The notes beneath the pieces were generated by a model. That model did no database searches. It was not told the DNA's origin and saw nothing but the letters and a program-made list of their open reading frames with translations. A stretch of 64,000 nt of DNA from Amoebidium appalachense (Eukaryota > Protista > Ichthyosporea). This document shows, piece after piece, positions 62,818 through 64,000 of the stretch. Location of the stretch: positions 965,506 to 1,029,505 of the forward strand of contig CAVNZM010000003.1 in the NCBI GenBank assembly GCA_963693365.1, given 5' to 3'. Made by a program: the position numbers and the translations under genes. Each line of letters starts with the position of its first letter. Position 1 is the stretch's first letter.

Positions 62818-62878
<61 letters not shown>

Positions 62879-62880
62879 GT

Positions 62881-62950
<70 letters not shown>

Positions 62951-62952
62951 CA

Positions 62953-62999
<47 letters not shown>

Positions 63000-63168
63000 G
63001 CATACTCACACACACTAACTCCAACCTAAAACATCGCGTCAAATTCTGTTCCCCACAGTTAACTGGTCTCTCCTACCCAGCTGTACATGTTTCTGAATTA
63101 CGAAAAATGCTTCCCACTAGTATTGCTTGTGTCGCGAGCACTGTAGCAACCAAGGCCAACGGAAACAT
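57593..63168 (-). CDS. Secreted Thr-rich (mucin-like) protein with a spherulin-4 / GH135-like domain; frameshifted as assembled; 3' end unresolved
   Basis: Signal peptide [19 protein letters not shown] from 63168, then a tentative ECARRC..LNGC module at ~62240-62330 and a Thr-rich exon at ~61698-60257 ending VLVPLYQW...[11 protein letters not shown]. Exon 59712-59603 reads [10 protein letters not shown] and exon 57749-57593 reads [13 protein letters not shown]...LDE...YYQE. These are the spherulin-4 motifs in order, with compatible phases. Confidence 0.7.
58341..58632 (+). repeat. Identical ~110-bp direct duplication flanked by poly-G (intronic)
   Basis: gatgatttttaagcacaactggg...gcggccggccccttttt at ~58341-58460 and ~58515-58632. 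Confidence 0.9.
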
Positions 63169-64000
63169 TTTCCACCGTATTCCTTCGGTGCTGTGAAAAT
63201 TGTGATTCGAACTTGAGTACAGATGTCTTGCATGTGTGTGCCGTTTTACCCCGGTGCATGCAGTGCAGCAGATACTTTTGCCCTATAAGCACGGATACCT
63301 TCTACTGGAGCCTAGCTCGGCTCGACTTCTAACAGGCTCATTAAAGCGCTTTGCAAGTCATACATACACATGCATGAAAAATTATATGCTGTAAAGCCAC
63401 ACTATTTAGCTGCATGTAAATTGCTCTGTTTCAAACAGTGATACAAAAACGCACCCTGATAGCATGCCCGAGATGCTATAGGTAGTAACAACCTCTTTCG
63501 GAATCAACAATTTGTGACGGTCGCCACATTCTGCACTTCTTGGCAACTGCCCTTTCTATGGATATAGCTGATGAGGAATGTGCCGAGGATAAGATTACAG
63601 CTAACTAGGTAGTTCATCGGCTCGGGTTGGCCGGCAAAATGAGGGCTAGAAAGTCATGTTAATAGTGCGCATTAAATAGTTTTTAGTTTAGGTTTGGGAA
63701 AATAAAATCCTACTAGCAAATTAATTAAGAAAGGTGGTTCGTTCACTCAGGTCTACAATTACTTAGCCTATGGGATTGCCCGGGATCTTACAAGTACAAT
63801 CTTATCGCCGGACATACAGAATGTCATGATTGGTTGTCACTAATCCCCCAAGATGTGAAGATTCTTCGTTTCGATGAAACAACCTCAAGGAGAATTGATT
63901 GTACTAATATTTGATGTTCTCTCTAACTATTGCCCGGTATTTCTTATCCAATCAAAATACAAAGTTTTTTCTTGCTCATGATGTTTTCGATCATATTTAT

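Noticed and set aside
6838-63196. The many poly-Pro, poly-Gly, (HT)n and (CV)n ORFs
   Set aside because: They are translations of homopolymers and CA/TG microsatellites.
1-64000. tRNA, rRNA or telomeric repeats; naming the organism
   Set aside because: No such RNA genes or repeats were recognised by eye, and tRNAscan/Infernal were not run. The gene content fits a unicellular opisthokont, but the sequence alone does not identify it.

Overview
Intron-rich eukaryotic DNA packed with poly-G/C runs and (CA/TG)n microsatellites, so most of the supplied ORFs are spurious. Several frameshifts fall in homopolymers, which suggests long-read errors. Supported content: (1) 1-~6850, a compact intronless cassette that looks like one end of an integrated DNA virus or Polinton-like element. 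It has a phage-Dam-type N6-adenine methyltransferase, a candidate T7/NCLDV-type ssDNA-binding protein, four orphan ORFs, a repeated ATTGGATAG promoter motif and a terminal block of CRE/GC boxes. No capsid, pPolB or integrase gene is in the window. (2) A modular non-coding repeat family (about 14.8-26.4 kb and 37.0-40.4 kb). One copy carries a ~4.7 kb 38-bp dimeric tandem array interrupted by a TTAA piggyBac-like MITE. (3) A 3-exon PKA-like kinase gene (30589-32969). (4) A LINE remnant. (5) A spliced KDZ (Zisupton/Dileera-like) transposase on the minus strand with an intact WRN-like DEDDy exonuclease inside its catalytic core (45244-50987). (6) A SAM-like host gene. (7) A minus-strand secreted protein gene with a Thr-rich stalk and a spherulin-4/GH135 domain. 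All family calls come from motifs read by eye, not from database searches.
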